A DNA stretch of 27,529 nucleotides, from contig MEKM01000184.1 in assembly GCA_001766965.1 (NCBI GenBank), positions 1 to 27,529 on the forward strand, written 5' to 3'. Of this stretch, positions 27,464 through 27,529 are shown one piece after another. The notes beneath the pieces are model-generated. The model searched no databases and had not been told where the DNA came from. It worked only from the letters and a program-made list of their open reading frames with translations. Positions within the stretch are counted from its first letter, which is position 1; each line of letters begins with the position of its first letter. This DNA comes from Acidobacteria bacterium RIFCSPHIGHO2_01_FULL_67_28 (GTDB taxonomy: Bacteria; Acidobacteriota; Terriglobia; Acidiferrales; 2-02-FULL-67-57). Both the position numbers and the translations under genes were made by a program.

Positions 27464-27472
27464 CCACAGACT

Positions 27473-27490
27473 CCAACCCATGAAGGTTGG
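27473..27490. other. Hairpin CCAACC-catgaa-GGTTGG between the convergent operon end and the tRNA 3' end
   Basis: Perfect 6-bp stem whose right arm includes the encoded CCA of the tRNA. Confidence 0.5.
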
Positions 27491-27529
27491 CTGGGAGGCA
27501 AGGAGTCGAACCTTGATTCTCGGATCCAG
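27488..27529 (-). tRNA. trnQ: tRNA-Gln(CTG), 3' half only (5' half outside window)
   Basis: Minus strand CTG-GA-TCCGA-GAAT-CAAGG-TTCGACT-CCTTG-CCTCCCA-G-CCA: anticodon CTG at the edge, T-arm, acceptor strand, G discriminator, encoded CCA. Confidence 0.88.

Noticed and set aside
27488-27529. tRNA-Gln as integration site of a genomic island
   Set aside because: No integrase. The only echo of the tRNA 3' end I noticed is a 9-nt CTGGGAGGC near 5059-5067, which is chance-level.

Overview
GC-rich bacterial window. A Oar-like TonB-dependent receptor and an orphan VirB10-like protein suggest Acidobacteriota, but this is inference only. Left arm (minus strand, 1-9020): a partial FG-GAP/VCBS repeat protein, two exported proteins sharing one uncharacterised beta domain (one with a Cys-stapled helical hairpin, one fused to a VirB10/TrbI-like module), a PepSY-like protein, a CusRS/CopRS-like two-component system and a CocE/NonD hydrolase. 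Two promoters in this arm share a multi-block motif containing a cop-box-like element. The kinase has no ATG/GTG/TTG before its first TM helix, only ACG behind a good SD. Right arm (plus strand, 9050-27463): amidohydrolase, TonB-dependent receptor, sulfatase-like/TPR protein, then a tightly packed run of CoA-transferase A/B, class III aminotransferase, M28 carboxypeptidase and DmpA. This is followed by a four-gene module: alkaline-phosphatase-superfamily (NPP-like) lipoprotein, small ribbon-helix-helix protein with an LGY tail, a protein resembling archaeal DUF106/EMC3/TMCO1 (Oxa1 superfamily), and a second membrane-anchored NPP-like paralog. The window ends in the 3' half of tRNA-Gln(CTG). 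The best candidates for an undescribed system are the four-gene module (22336-27463) and the cop-box-like regulon (1230-7140). No mobile element or CRISPR array was seen. All family calls come from motif recognition, not database searches.
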